Origin: Macrostomum lignano
Taxonomy: Eukaryota
NCBI GenBank assembly: GCA_002269645.1
Contig: NIVC01003587.1
Coordinates: forward strand, 25,452-89,451
Length of the DNA stretch: 64,000 bases
Direction of reading: 5' to 3'
The notes under the pieces were generated by a model that had not been told where the DNA came from, ran no database searches, and was given only the letters and a program-made list of their open reading frames with translations. Position numbers and translations under genes: made by a program. This document shows positions 1 to 16,400 of the stretch, piece by piece; positions within the stretch are counted from its first letter, which is position 1, and every line of letters begins with the position of its first letter.

Positions 1-1052
1 TAAATACCTATGCTTTTTGTTTGAATATTTCAGCAAGACAATTTTTAAATGGATAAATTCTGTGATAGGTATTTCTTGAGAAAGACTTTTTTTGTCTCAA
101 ATCTTGTCTCAGTCCAAATCTCAAAATATAATAGCTCTAGACCAAAGACAAAGAAAGACCAAAAATTTAAGTCTATAAAGAGGTTACAACATTACAAATA
201 TATTTGAATTTACCTTAATGCCTAATTAATCTCTTTGTAGAAATTATAGAAATGGCAGCTATGTCTGATAATGTAAGACCTTATATAGACCTATCTGCCT
301 TATAAGCACACGCATACATGGTACTGTTGCTTTACATTTTAGCAATAAAAAGATTACCATAATCTCCAATGAAATTGATCAAATTGACTCCATATTAAGG
401 ACACAGTCATCTTCCATATACTAAAAATGAAAATCTTGCTTGTATGCTTGTATGTACGAAATCGATTATCTCCTGAATGGCTTGACCGATTTTCTTTGAA
501 CTTGCACTGTTCGATCAGAAATTTTTCTGTGACGGTATATGTGTCTTGGCTAAGAAATTGCTAAATGCTAAAGGAATGAAATATTAGAAAAAACATGCTT
601 TTTTGCAAAGGTCAAGCAAACTTTTTGACTTGAAATGCATTGTAAGAATGCTAGAGACAAAACTGACTGGTTGAATTCTGATTCTGAAATAGATTGCATC
701 ATAACTAAATTGTAACTCCAACTTGAATTGCGTCACAGTATTGAAAATGCAGTGTGGAAGCGTAGCACCAGACTTGATTTAGATTGAGTAACCATATTGT
801 TAACTGATACTGACTGACTGAGAAATTGATTATGTCATAACTGCTTCGTGTGATTTACTCTATGCTTGGATTTTAAAGTGTTGAATTATATAAGTGCTAA
901 ATTTCATGTTATCAAAACGATGAGAGCTAGCCTACAGGTAAACAGACTGAACTGCCAAATGCAGCGACAATGGTTTGAATTTTCATAGAGTGGAATTTTT
1001 GAATTAAAGCTTTTTAATGTCAGGAAAACTAAAAGACTTTAAAAAAAAGCCT

Positions 1053-4020
1053 CATGAAAAAATCATAGAAGCGTCATGTAAAAAATCATAGAAGCGTCAT
1101 GTAAAAATCATAGAAGCGTCATGTAAAAATCATAGAAGCATCATGTAAAAATCATAGAAGCGTCATATAAAAAATCATAGAAGCGTAATGTAAAATATCA
1201 TAAAAGCGTCATGTAAAAATTATAAAAACATCATGTAAAAATCATAGAAGTGTCATGTAAACAATCATAGAAATGTCATACAAACAATCATAGAAGCCTC
1301 ATAAAAAATCATAGAAGGGTCATGTAAACAATCAAAAGTGTCATATAAACAATCAAAGAAGTGTCATGTAACAAATCATAGAAGCGTAATGTAAAAATCA
1401 TAGAAGCGTTATGTAAAGAATCATAGAAGCGTCATAAAAAGTCATAGAAGAGTCATGTAAACAATCAAAGAAGCGTCACGAAAATATCATAGAGGCGTCA
1501 TGTAAAAATGATAGAAGCATCGTATAAAATATCATATAAGTGTCATGTAAAAAATCATAGAAGCGTCATATAAAATATCATAGAAGTGTCATGTAAAAAA
1601 TCATAGAAGCGTCATATAAAATATCATAGAAGTGTCATGTAAAAATCATAGAAGTGTCATGTAAAAAATCATAGAAGCATCATGAAAAATATCATAGAAG
1701 CATCATGTTAAAATCATAAAAGCGTAATTTAAAATATTATAGAAGCGTCATGTAAAAATTATAGAAACGTCATGTAAACAATCAAAGAAGTGTCATGTAA
1801 CAAATCATAGAAGCGTCATGTAAAAATCATAGAAGTGTTATGTAAAGAATCATAGAAGCGTCATAAAAAGTCATAGAAGAGTCATGTAAACAATCAAAGA
1901 AGCGTCATGAAAATATCATAGAAGCGTCATTTAAAAATGATAGAAGCATCATATAAAATATCATATAAGCGTCATGTAAAAATCATAGAAGTGTCATGTA
2001 AAAAATCATAGAAGCGTCATGAAAAATATCATAGAAGCGTCATGTTAAAATCATAGAAGCATAATGTAAAATATCATAGAAGCGTCATGTAAAAATTATA
2101 GAAACGTCATGTAAAAATCATAGAAGTGTCATGTAAACAATCATAGAAGTGTCATATAAACAATCATAGAAGTGTCATGTAAACAATCATAGAAACGTCA
2201 TACAAACAATCATAGAAGCATCATAAAAATTCATAGAAGCGTCATGTAAACAATCATAGAAGTGTCATGTAAACAATCATAGAAGTGTCATGTAAACAAT
2301 CATAGAAGTGTCATGTAAACAATCATAGAAGTGTCATGTAAACAATCATAGAAATGTCATGTAAAGAATCATAGAAGCGTCATAAAAAGTCATAGAAGCG
2401 TCATAAAAAGGCATAGAAGAGTCATGTAAACAATTATAGAAGCGTCATGGAAAATATCATAAGAGCGTCATGTAAAAATCATAGAAGCTTCATGTAAAAA
2501 TCATAGAAGCGTCATGTAAAAATCATAGAAGCGTCATGTAAAAATCATAGAAGCGTCATGTAAAAATCATAGAAGTGTCATGTAAAAATCATAGAAGAGT
2601 CATGTAAACAATCATAGAAGCGTCATGTAAAAATCATAGAAACGTCATCAAAAAATTTTAGAAAAGTCATGTAAAAATCATAGAAGTGTCATGTAAACAA
2701 TCAAAGAAGTGTCATGTAAAAAATCATAGAAGCGTAATGTAAAAATCATAGAAGCATTATGTAGAGAATCATAGAAGCATCATAGAAAGTCATAGAAGAG
2801 TCATGTAAACAATCAAAGAAGCGTCAAGGAAAATATCATAGAAGCGTCATGTAAAAATCATAGAAGCGTCATATAAAGTATCATAGAAGCGTCATGTAAA
2901 AATCGTAGAAGTGTCATGTAAACAATCATAGAAGTGTCATGTAAACAATCATAGAAACGTCATGTAAAGAATCATAGAAGCGTCATAAAAAGTCATAGAA
3001 GCGTTATAAAAAGTCATAGAAGAGTCATGTAAACAATTATAGAGGCGTCATTGAAAATATCATTGGAGCGTCATATAAAAATCATAGAAGCATCATGTAA
3101 AAATCATAGAAGCGTCATGTAAAAATCATAGAAGCGTCATGTAAAAATCATAGAAGCGTCATGTAAAAATCATAGAAGCATCATAAAAATTCATAGAAGT
3201 GTCATGTAAACAATCATAGAAGTGTCATGTAAAATATCATAGAAGTGTCATGTAAACAATCATAGAAACGTCATACAAACAATCATAGAAGCATCATGTA
3301 AAAATCATAGAAGCGTCATGTTGAAAATCATAGAAGCGTAATGTAAAATATCATAGAAGCGTCATGTAAAAATTATAGAAAAGTCTTGTAAAAATCATAG
3401 AAATGTCATGTAAACAATCATAGAAATGTCATACAAACAATCATAGAAGCCTCATAAAATATCATAGAAGCGTCATGTAAACAATCATAGAAGCGTCATA
3501 TAAGCAATCATAGAAGCGTCATATAAACAATCAAAGAAGTGTCATGTAACTAATTATAGAAGCGTAATGTAAAAATCATAGAAGCGTTATGTAAAGAATC
3601 ATAGAAGCGTCATAAAAAGTCATAGAAGAGTCATGTAAACAATCAAAGAAGTGTCATATAAAATATCATAAAAGCATCATGTAAAAAATCATAGAAGCAT
3701 CATGTAAAATATCATAGAAGCGTCATATAAAAATCATAGAAGTGTCATGTAACAAATCATAGAAGTGTTATGTAAAAATCATAGAAGCGTAATGTAAAAT
3801 ATCTTAGAAGCGTCATGTAAAAATTATAGAAACATCATGTAAAAATCATAGAAATGTCATGTAAAAATCATAGAAGTGTCATGTAAACAATCATAGAAGA
3901 GTCATGTAAACAATCATAGAAGTGTCATGTAAACAATCAGAAGTCTCACATAAAAATCATAGATCTCTCATGTAAAGAATCTTAGAAGTGTCATGAAAGA
4001 ATTGTAGAGGCGTCATGGAA
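1053..4020 (+). repeat. AT-rich satellite, 22-23 bp unit (CATGTAAAAATCATAGAAGCGT), ~130 units
   Basis: 22-bp period read directly (e.g. 3121 vs 3143); many variant units; edges approximate. Confidence 0.95.
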
Positions 4021-4029
4021 TAATAAAAA

Positions 4030-5110
4030 AGTGTCAAGTCAAAAATAAAAGAAGCATCATGTAAAACTGTGCTGTGACCCTTGAGGAGAATTTCTCTGAT
4101 ATCAAGGCTCATGGAGAAAAACTGAGATTTCTAAGATGTCAATCTAAAAGCCAGAAGCTACATGTAGTTTACTCAAACTTTTTATTACATTCTTTGTTGG
4201 CTTGCCATGGGACCCGCTGATAGAAGAAGCATCATGTAAAAAAAGAGGGGAATAGCTGAGATGTCTAGACTTGCGACGGGAATAGCTGAGATGTCAATAC
4301 TTGCGAGGGGAATAGCTGAGATGTCAAGACTTGCAAGGGAATAGCTGAGATGTCAAGACTTGCAAGGGGAATAGCTGAGATGTCAAGACTTGCGAGGGGA
4401 ATAGCTGAAATGTCAAGACTTGTGAGGGGAATAGCCGAGATGCCAAGACTCACAAGGGATTGCTGAGGTTATTGCAAAGAGAAACTGTAGTTTAAACATG
4501 TACAAGCATAGTTTATTCAAAATTAGAATAAAGCCTTGACAAAAAAGTGTCATGTCAGACATAAAAGAAGTGTCATTTAAAAAACGTCACATGAAACTGT
4601 GTGCTATGACTCTTGGGGAGAATTACTATTGATGTCAAAGCTTACAGGGGAATAGCTGCGATGTCAAGGCTCATGGGGGAATAACTGAGATGTTAAAGCT
4701 AAAGTCAGAAGCTAACATGTAGTTTATTCAAAACTTTTATTACATTTTTTGTTGGCTCCTCACAGGGGGGTGCGTCACTAATAGAAAAAGCGTCATGTAA
4801 AAATAAAAGAAGCATCATGTCTAAGTTAAGAGATTCATTTGGATATCCCTACAATATCGAGGCTTGCAGGGAATCGCTATAATGCTGTAGTGCTATAATA
4901 ACTCTTGGGGAGAATTACTGAACTGTCAATGCATTAGGGTTAGGGTTAAGGTAGAAGGTTAACAGATTTTTTAAGATTTCAAGGCTTATGGGGGGAATTG
5001 CTGAGATGTCAAGGCTTACAAGGGACTGCTGAGGTATTGCAAAGAGATGCTATATGTAGTTTATTAAAAAACTTGTATTGCATTTTTTGGCTCCCCAACG
5101 GGGGCGCTGA
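4030..5110 (+). repeat. Three diverged copies of a longer (~200-300 bp) repeat
   Basis: Motifs GTGCT..GAC/TCTTGGGGAGAATT and ATGTAGTTTATTCAAAACTTTTATTACATT..TTGGCT recur at ~4070-4200, ~4600-4760 and ~4890-5095. Confidence 0.6.
4247..4455 (+). repeat. 30-bp minisatellite (GGGAATAGCTGAGATGTCAAGACTTGCAAG), ~7 units
   Basis: Direct repeats; explains the 10-aa periodic ORF 4265..4453. Confidence 0.9.
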
Positions 5111-5952
5111 TTGCTAGTCTATATCTATGTCTTCAAGAGTGTAATTGGTTGCTTGGCATTGGCTCTACTGTGATATGAATTTTACTGTTAAGTATGGCAA
5201 AACTGAAATATTATATTATGGCTGTAGCCTTTAGGCCAAAACATTAGATATTTTGTCAAAGTAATAGGTACCAGTTTACTTTTACTTTAGTTATTAAAAT
5301 GGTAGGTCTTATTGTTATAGAGACTATAAATATTGGAATGGTTTTTTTATTTTTTGTAAACAATATCTAAAGCAAATATAAATTTATACTTGGCCCTATG
5401 CCTTATATAAATTAATTAGGCCTAACAAACTTGCAATACAAATAAAAAGGTATTAAATAATTAATTAATTAAATTTCAATTTATTGTTTCATATTATGAA
5501 TCTTACTTTTCCATTTAAAAATGTCTTCATTTCTTAAATTTGGTTACAAAAAAGTAGGAATTTTTTAATTACTATAAAGTGCTATTTGTATGTTTTTTCT
5601 ATGGTTTTTTACATTACAGTCTGTGATAATTTCTTGTCAAAAGGTTGGTCTTTTAAATACCTATAGTCTAGATCATGGGATGGCAGGTGTATGTCAGAAT
5701 GAAGGTTGAAGTTTTTTATGCCAATGTAAAATAAAAGTTTTTATGCCCAACAAAGTTGCTTGTACATATGTAACTTTTTTAGAGAATATATTTTTTATAC
5801 TTTTATATTTAATAATTTTGTTAAAAGTCAAAACATTTAACTTGTAAAAAACATAGAAGTTTTTGGGGTTCCTGCATTTTTTCAAACAAGGAAAAGGCTA
5901 AATCCATACATACCCAACACCTGGTGGCAAGAAGTCTGGCCAATAAGGGTAA

Positions 5953-9015
<3,063 letters not shown>

Positions 9016-10419
9016 TAAGGGTAAACACTAAAATGAAATCTAATTTGAATCTGTTTGAATATAATGTGTTTATATTAATGTCTAGAAATCATGCTATATT
9101 CAAAATATTGGTATCTAACCTAGAGCTCTTTAGTTTCTTTTTTATATCTCAGATGCTTGGAACTTTTTAAATTGAGATTTAATTGAAAAGCTTGATTATG
9201 AGTAGTGCTCATGCATTTGTGTATGTTACATGGCCAAAGCAGGTTATTACCTCAAGAAAATCAAGGATGTATTATTCAAAGCCAAACTAGACAATTCACT
9301 TTCATGAAGAGATAAATCCATGTACTAATCTAGCAAGTAAAAGATAGATTTGATGCAAAACACTAATGGCAGTTGAATTCAATTATATTAGTTTTCTAGT
9401 CAAGTGACAATAATTTCTAACTTAAGTTCAATATTGTCCTATGTATAAATTTTAGTTAATCTACCAAAATGACCAAGTCAAGTGTAAATAGTGGTTGCAT
9501 AAGTCACTAAGCTAGAATGTTTGTCATGCAAAAAGTATATCTGGTAAGATAGCTCACTTGGCAAGTAGTAAGAAAAGGAAACAAAAAAATCAACATATGT
9601 TTAATGAATGATGCATTTTAATGAGTTGGTTCTAAATAAATATATATAATATCTGTGTAAATTGAATTGATAACTTATATATATATGATTTTAGTCCAGA
9701 ATTTAGCATATTAGATAGAAAGACAAGGTCTAAGGATAGGTAGTTTAGATTGCAACCAACTACCCAGAATGTGCAGCAATTGCCCCCCTCTTAGAACATG
9801 CAGAGAATTTGACCAGTGCCACCATGTTGAAGTTAAGTGTTAAGGCTAGGGGACAGATTTAATATATAGTGCTTCATGACTTGTATTGCTAGCTATGTTG
9901 GGCAGTAGTTAGTTGTGAAATTTTGTATTATGTAACCTATCGAACATTCTATCTTTATTGCTGACAAAGTCAATGGCTATGCATGCTCTTTCTCTGTCAC
10001 TGACATGTCACTGCATTAGTGCGAGCTGCATTGGTGTATATATGTATATACAATTGAGCTTCAGTTTATGCTCCTAAAGTGGTATTTTCATTGCCAAATA
10101 GTTGAGTCTGTAAAAGTAAATATTTGATTGTAAAATTTCTGACTTATGCTAGCTGTATTTGGACCCAGAGATATTGCTGCAGAGTTTAGATATTTTAATT
10201 TAGCTACTAGTCATTATACTACTATGTACTTATCGATAACTCAGTAGTATGATACTGACACAACTCAATTTTTTAACTAAACCAATTTTACTAAATTGGT
10301 ATTCCAGCTCAAGCGAGGCGCCACTCCGTCTCACTGCTTGTCAGGAGGCAGTCTGTTTGGCGCCTACTAATTATCTGCATACAATCCCACACACACACTA
10401 TCCAATCAAAACACGCACT

Positions 10420-13400
10420 ATGCAATCAGCTGTCAGTGCTGAGCAGTTGGCTATAGACGAACCGGCAACTCCTATAGAAGAGGCAGACTTGCCCAGCAGT
10501 GAAGAGTCTGTGGATAATGCCGATCCAGCTGCTAAAGATGTAGATGAAGATGCCAATGAGGAGCATGAGGACACTGACAATGCTGCTGATGCTGATGAGT
10601 GCAAAGAGTCGCCCGAATGGCAGGTGAAGGCCTGTCCAGATTTTGCGGCAGCTTGCTCATTCCTTGGCCAGTTCGGATCGGACCTGGGCGTGACGCTGAC
10701 CTTCGCCCAGCTGGCGAAATGCGCGCTGTCGGGTCAGAATCCGCAGTCCAAGCACCATCACTCGTCGCCCAGTAAAAGCTGGATTAATTTGCACGTTCGT
10801 TTATTAAATCGTTTGCGCTATTGCGTCAAAGAGGACAAATGGGAGAATGGCTTGCGCAAATTTTGCTCAGCAGTTGATGCGGATACAGCATCAGCCTCCG
10901 CGGTTGCCTCAGCTCTTGGCGTTGTTGACGCAGCCGCCGCGGCGACAACGCCGCTGATGCTGTTGCTGGAGCCGGGCGGCTACGCCAGTTTGGGTTATGC
11001 GGAACGGCTGCGCATCTTTCGCAGCCTGTTGGAGTGCCAGTTTGATAGAAATGTCAAGCTGAAAGCCAGAACTAACGCTATTAAAGCGGAGGAGCTCAGG
11101 CAGAAACCCATTGGCCAAGACATGGCCGGCTGTCAGTACTGGCTGCTCACCGACTCCGAGTACAGCGTGCTGCTCTATAAAGAGGATTCCGAAGCTGACG
11201 ACTCCGCTAGGCTGACTCTGGAAGCTGACAGTGTGGAAGCTATTCGACAGTTGTTGGTTCAGCTGCGATCTTGGACCGATCCGCGAGCTGTGCTGGACAC
11301 TCTGAGAGCGTCGGCCTTGTCTGCCGCTCTCATCAGTGGCAGCGGCAGCAGCGGCAGCAGCGGCAGCAGCAGCAAAGATGCCACGCCGCCGCCGCAACCG
11401 CCACCAAAAGAGAATGGCGCAGCCGTGAGCAAACTTGAGACCGTGCCGGAGGATGATAAAGAAGAGGAAGCTAAGCTGGAGCCTGAGCCAGAAACAGCTG
11501 AGCCCGTTGCTAACCAAGCCAAGCCTGAACCGGTTAAGTCTGAAGACAATAACGAAGAGAAGGTCGACGTGAAACTTGAAGAAGAAAATATCAAATCGGA
11601 AGAAGAATTGTCAACTCCAGTTAACAAGGGTCGCAAAGGCAAAGCGGATTTATCTGTGGCTGATGAGGCGGAGCAGCCAGCTGCCGCCACTGACGATAGC
11701 GGGCTTCGTCGATCGTCGCGCGTGCGCAAGCAGGTGACGCCGTTCGTCATCCAGCAGGAGCCGGCCAGCGCTAAGAAGCGAGGCAAACTGGCAACCGCTG
11801 ACAGCGGCGAAGATCAAGGCGACAGTGAGAAGACGGCTTCGCCAACTGCCAAAGCTTCTGCTAAACGGCAGAAACAGCAGCGAAAGTCCGACGGTATGAG
11901 CTACTGAATGTGTCTGTTTTTGTAGATTTCTAATATTCTATTTTATTCAGTGATGTGTAGCTTGAAACCCGTCATTCGTTTCACAAAGTCGCATTTGTCT
12001 GGGGTCTCTTATTTCATATTTTACCTGTGTTACCTGCAGCAGATTTTGGGCGCTACTTGGCCCAGGTTTTCAACGGGGAAGTTTTGAGGTCATGCAATTT
12101 GGAGCTTGTGCAATCATTATACTCTACTTCATAAGTAGTGCAGTACGCATATTTATACTATTTTCTCACCCTTCAACAGACAAGGCGCGCAAGCTCAAAC
12201 TAGCCTCCAAATCGCCGAGCAAAGCTAATAAAAAGCTCGCTAAAAAGCGGGCCAATAAGAAATTGGCCAAAGCCGCCGCCAACAAGAAGGCTAACGGTGT
12301 CGGCGTTGGCGCTAAAAAGCGACGCGGCGGCAATCCGTGGGAGCGCGGCGCCAGCAGCTCGGAGGAGGACGAAGAAGCCGAGGCGGATTTTATTCAGGCT
12401 TTGGACGCGGCCGATGAAGAGGAGGACGATGAAGGCGCGGATGCTGGAGCCATGTCTGACGACAGCTGGACTGACAGGCCAGAGTCCGACTTTGAGGTAG
12501 CTTTTTTGCTTGAAGTGTGAATCACTTGTATCCTGACTCTCAAGTCCTGAAGTTAGAAATCCAGATCTTCTTGCATATCCAAAGTGGGATTTCTACCGCA
12601 ATCCCCAAGTAGGGAGTCCTTCTCTAATCCTCAATTTAAGTTTTTCCCAGATACCCAAGTTATGGATTTCCACTCAAATCCTCAGATTGGGATTCCTGCT
12701 CAAATCCTCAGATAGGGGTTCCTGCTCAAATCCTCAGATTGGGATTCCTGCTCAAATCCTCAGATTGGGATTCCTGCTCAAATCCTCAGATTGGGATTCC
12801 TGCTCAAATCCTCAGATTGGGATTCCTGCTCAAATCCTCAGATTGGGATTCCTGCTCAAATCCTCAGATTGGGATTCCTGCTCAAATCCTCAGATTGGGA
12901 TTCCTGCTCAAATCCTCAGATTGGGATTCCTGCTATATGGACGCCGGTGGCTGCAATTGTGGGATTTTTTGCTGATGTAGCTTGAAATCCCATTTATGTA
13001 GATAGAAATCCCAAATATCCCATTGATGTAGCCTGACATCCCAAATATCCCACTGATGTAGCTTGAAATCCCAAATCCCATTGATGCAGCTTGAAATCCC
13101 AAATCCCATTGATGCAGCTTGAAATCCCAAATCCCATTGATGTAGTCTGACATCCCAAATATCCCATTGATGTAGTCTGACATCCCAAATATCCCATTGA
13201 TGTAGTCTGACATCCCAAATATCCCACTGATGTAGCTGGAAAACCCAAATATCCCATTGATGTAGCTTGAAATCCCAAATCCCATAGATGTAGTCTGACA
13301 TCTCAAAAATCCCATTGATGTAGCTTTAAATCCCAAATATCCCTAGATTTCTATTAAACTCGTTCATCTTTGATTTAAAGCTGGTTAAAACTATGCGATC

Positions 13401-16400
13401 CCAACTGCTCTCCCTCGCCAAAGGACGCGGCCCTGTCCGAGTCGGACTCAGAACACGAGTGCCGCGGTCGGAACTATCTCCGTCAGCGCAAACGCCAGCA
13501 ACAGCTGCTGGCCGAGGCGGCCGCCGGCCCGCCTTGTCCCTGCGTCCGCTGCGGCAAAGAAGACCTGCCGGAGTGGCTGCTGTTGTGCGATAGTTGCGAT
13601 GTAGCTTGGCACGCCATGTGCTTGAGGCCTCCGCTGTTTCTCATACCTACTGGCGATTGGTTTTGCCCCGTTTGTCAGCATAAGAGCCTCTGCGACGCTT
13701 TAGAAAGCAAAGTGACGGAGTTGGAGCAGCAGCAGAAGCAGCGCGTTGCTAAACAGAGAATGCAGGTAATTTCTGCTTTCTGTAGTTTTCTTTCGATACA
13801 TATCGGCAGAAAATTGATTTCGTTGCTCCCATCTCATCTCGGTTTGATTTTATTTGCTTTTCGATACATATCGTTAGTTAATTGGTTTAGTCGCTCCCGT
13901 TTTAGTTTGATTTTATTTGGTTTTTTTCGATGCATATCCCATTTTAGCCGCTCCCGTCTCGGTTTGATTCTCTTTGCTTTTTGTTAGCAAGAAATCAGAT
14001 TTAATTTGGCTCTGGTGCATCGGGTAGATTTTTTATTTGTATTTCGATACATATCGGCATTGTAAAAAATATCTGCTAACTCAACAGGAGCGTCTCAGCT
14101 ACGTCAGCATCTCAGTTGGCAACATCATTGAGAGCTCGCGGGCCGGGCGCGCAGGCGGCGGCTTCGCTCACTACACCGAGGGCGGCTCCGATATTGAGGG
14201 CGCGTCCGACTCCCGGTCCGGTTCCGGTAGTTTCGGCTCTTCCGGTAGCGGAAGTGGCTCGGGTTCCGGTAGTAGCGAAGAGGAATCTTCGGACGAAGAG
14301 GCGTAAGTTACTCAGTGCTTTTTTTAGAGTTTGAGGATAATTGGGATTTTGAATCCAAATTATTATAATTTTGGGACTTGAACTTTCTCCATTGCATACC
14401 GGTATTGTGAGCGTTCAAAGCTTTCTCGATGGAATATTTACGATTTCGGACTTCGATACGACATATGGGATTTCCATCTACGTCAATGGGATATTTTGGA
14501 TTTCTATCTACGTCAATGGGATGTTTGGGATTTCTATCAACGTCAATGGGATATTTGAGATGTCAGGCTACATAAATGGGATATTTGGGATATCAGGCTG
14601 CATCAATGGGATTTGGGATTTCAAGCTACCTCAATGGGATTTGGGATTTCAAGCTACATCAATGGGATATTTGGGATTTCAAGCTACATCAGTTGGATAT
14701 TTGGGATGTCAGACTACATCAATGGGATATTTGGGATGTCAGACTACATCTATGGGATTTGGGATTTCAAGCTACATCAATGGGATATTTGGGATGTCAG
14801 ACTACATCTATGGGATTTGGGATTTCAAGCTACATCAATGGGATATTTGGGATGTCAGACTACATCAATGGGATTTGGGATTTCAAGCTACATCAATGGG
14901 ATATTTGGGATGTCGGACTACATCTATGGGATTTGGGATTTCAAGCTACATCAATGGGATATTTGGGATTTCAAGCTACATCAATGGGATATTTGGGATG
15001 TCAGACTAAATCTATGGGATTTGGGATTTCAAGCTACATCAGTGGGATATTTGGGATGTCAGGCTACATCAGTGGGATATTTGGGATTTCTATCTACATA
15101 AATGGGATTTCAAGCTACATCAGCAAAAAATCCCACAATTGCAGCCACCGGCGTCCAACCCGCCAGTCGGCCCGCACAGCCAACGTGAACTACCGTTTCG
15201 AAAACTACGACGCCATGATTAAAGAGGCCATCGAAGAGGACGACAAGTACCGCCTAGTCAAGGAGAACCCGGAGGCGGCAGCCGAAGCGGCAGCCGAGGC
15301 CCGGCGAGCCCGCAAGCGGCCTGGAGGCGGCAAAGACATGGAGAGCATCCTGGGCCCCGACTGGGACAAGAAGAAGCCGCCGTCGGCTGTTGAGGAGCCG
15401 CAGCCCAGCGCCAAGCCGGCAGCCGCGGATGCCCAGGAAGTCGCCACCGAAGACAGCCAAGAAGACGCAGCGGAAGCTGCTACAGCGGCGTCAAACGAAG
15501 AAGGCGACAATGACGGCGAGGAAAGCGACGTCGAAGGCGAGGGCGGCCGACCTGCACCGCCGGCTGCCACGGCGGCGGCCAAGCGGAAGCGGAAGCGCCT
15601 GGCCAAGCTGGGCGACACGGACAGCGAGGCCAACTCGGACGCTGACGAGCACCCGTCCGATGACGATTTCAAGCCGCCAAGCTCGGCCGACACCGACGAA
15701 GATGACGACGATGAAGCTGGACGAGGCCGAGGCAACTCGTCCGATGACTCGTACAGCGGCGCCGAGTCCGAGGAGTTGAGCAGCGACGCGAGCTGGAGGC
15801 CGTCTGGCTTGGCCATCAGTTCGCGTCGGCAGTCGTCCAGGCTGAGAGCGGCGGCGGCGGCATCGTCAAGGTGAGAATTCCGCTATTTTAGATGATTTTT
15901 TTCATGGCCGATATGTTGCGAAAAAACTTTAAATTTGCATATAATAAGTGGCTTTATGGCGAACTTGAAACAGCCGATATGTAGCGTATAACTATTTAAA
16001 TTGGTATAATATGTGGCTTTATAGCGAACTTATAATGGCCGGTATGTAGCGTATAACTATTTAGATTATCATAATGTGCAATTTAAATTAAAATTTAAAG
16101 TTAAAAGGGCCTGTAATTTGACTGCCATTCATATTAGTTGGAATTGCACGGCTTTAAGGTTAAAGTTCAATTAACCGATATGTAGCGTAAAATACTTTCC
16201 AGGGCAGAATTCGTTATAGTTATATTATAACTACTATTTCCTATTCGCCAGGCACAAGCGGTCGTCGCACGGCAGCAAAAGCAGAAAAGACAAGAAGCAC
16301 AAAAGGAGCAGCCGGCATCGGAGTGGCAGCGCAGGAGGCGGCGGCCGTCACAGTCGTAAGCGTCGGCGTAGACGCGAAGACGACGATGCGGAGGACGATG

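Noticed and set aside
4934-4951. TTAGGGTTAGGGTTAAGG as an interstitial telomere
   Set aside because: Only two full units; expected by chance.
10249-10419. Upstream ATG at 10249 as the RSF1 start
   Set aside because: AT-rich, intron- or UTR-like sequence with a CAG acceptor at ~10309; the ATG at 10420 fits better.
14371-15144. Intron-4 array read as an N-terminal extension of RSF1 exon 5 (ORFs 14371, 14576, 14613)
   Set aside because: Exon 4 is followed by GTAAGT with an in-frame TAA, and the phase-2 splice 14302->15145 fits the RSF1 homology.
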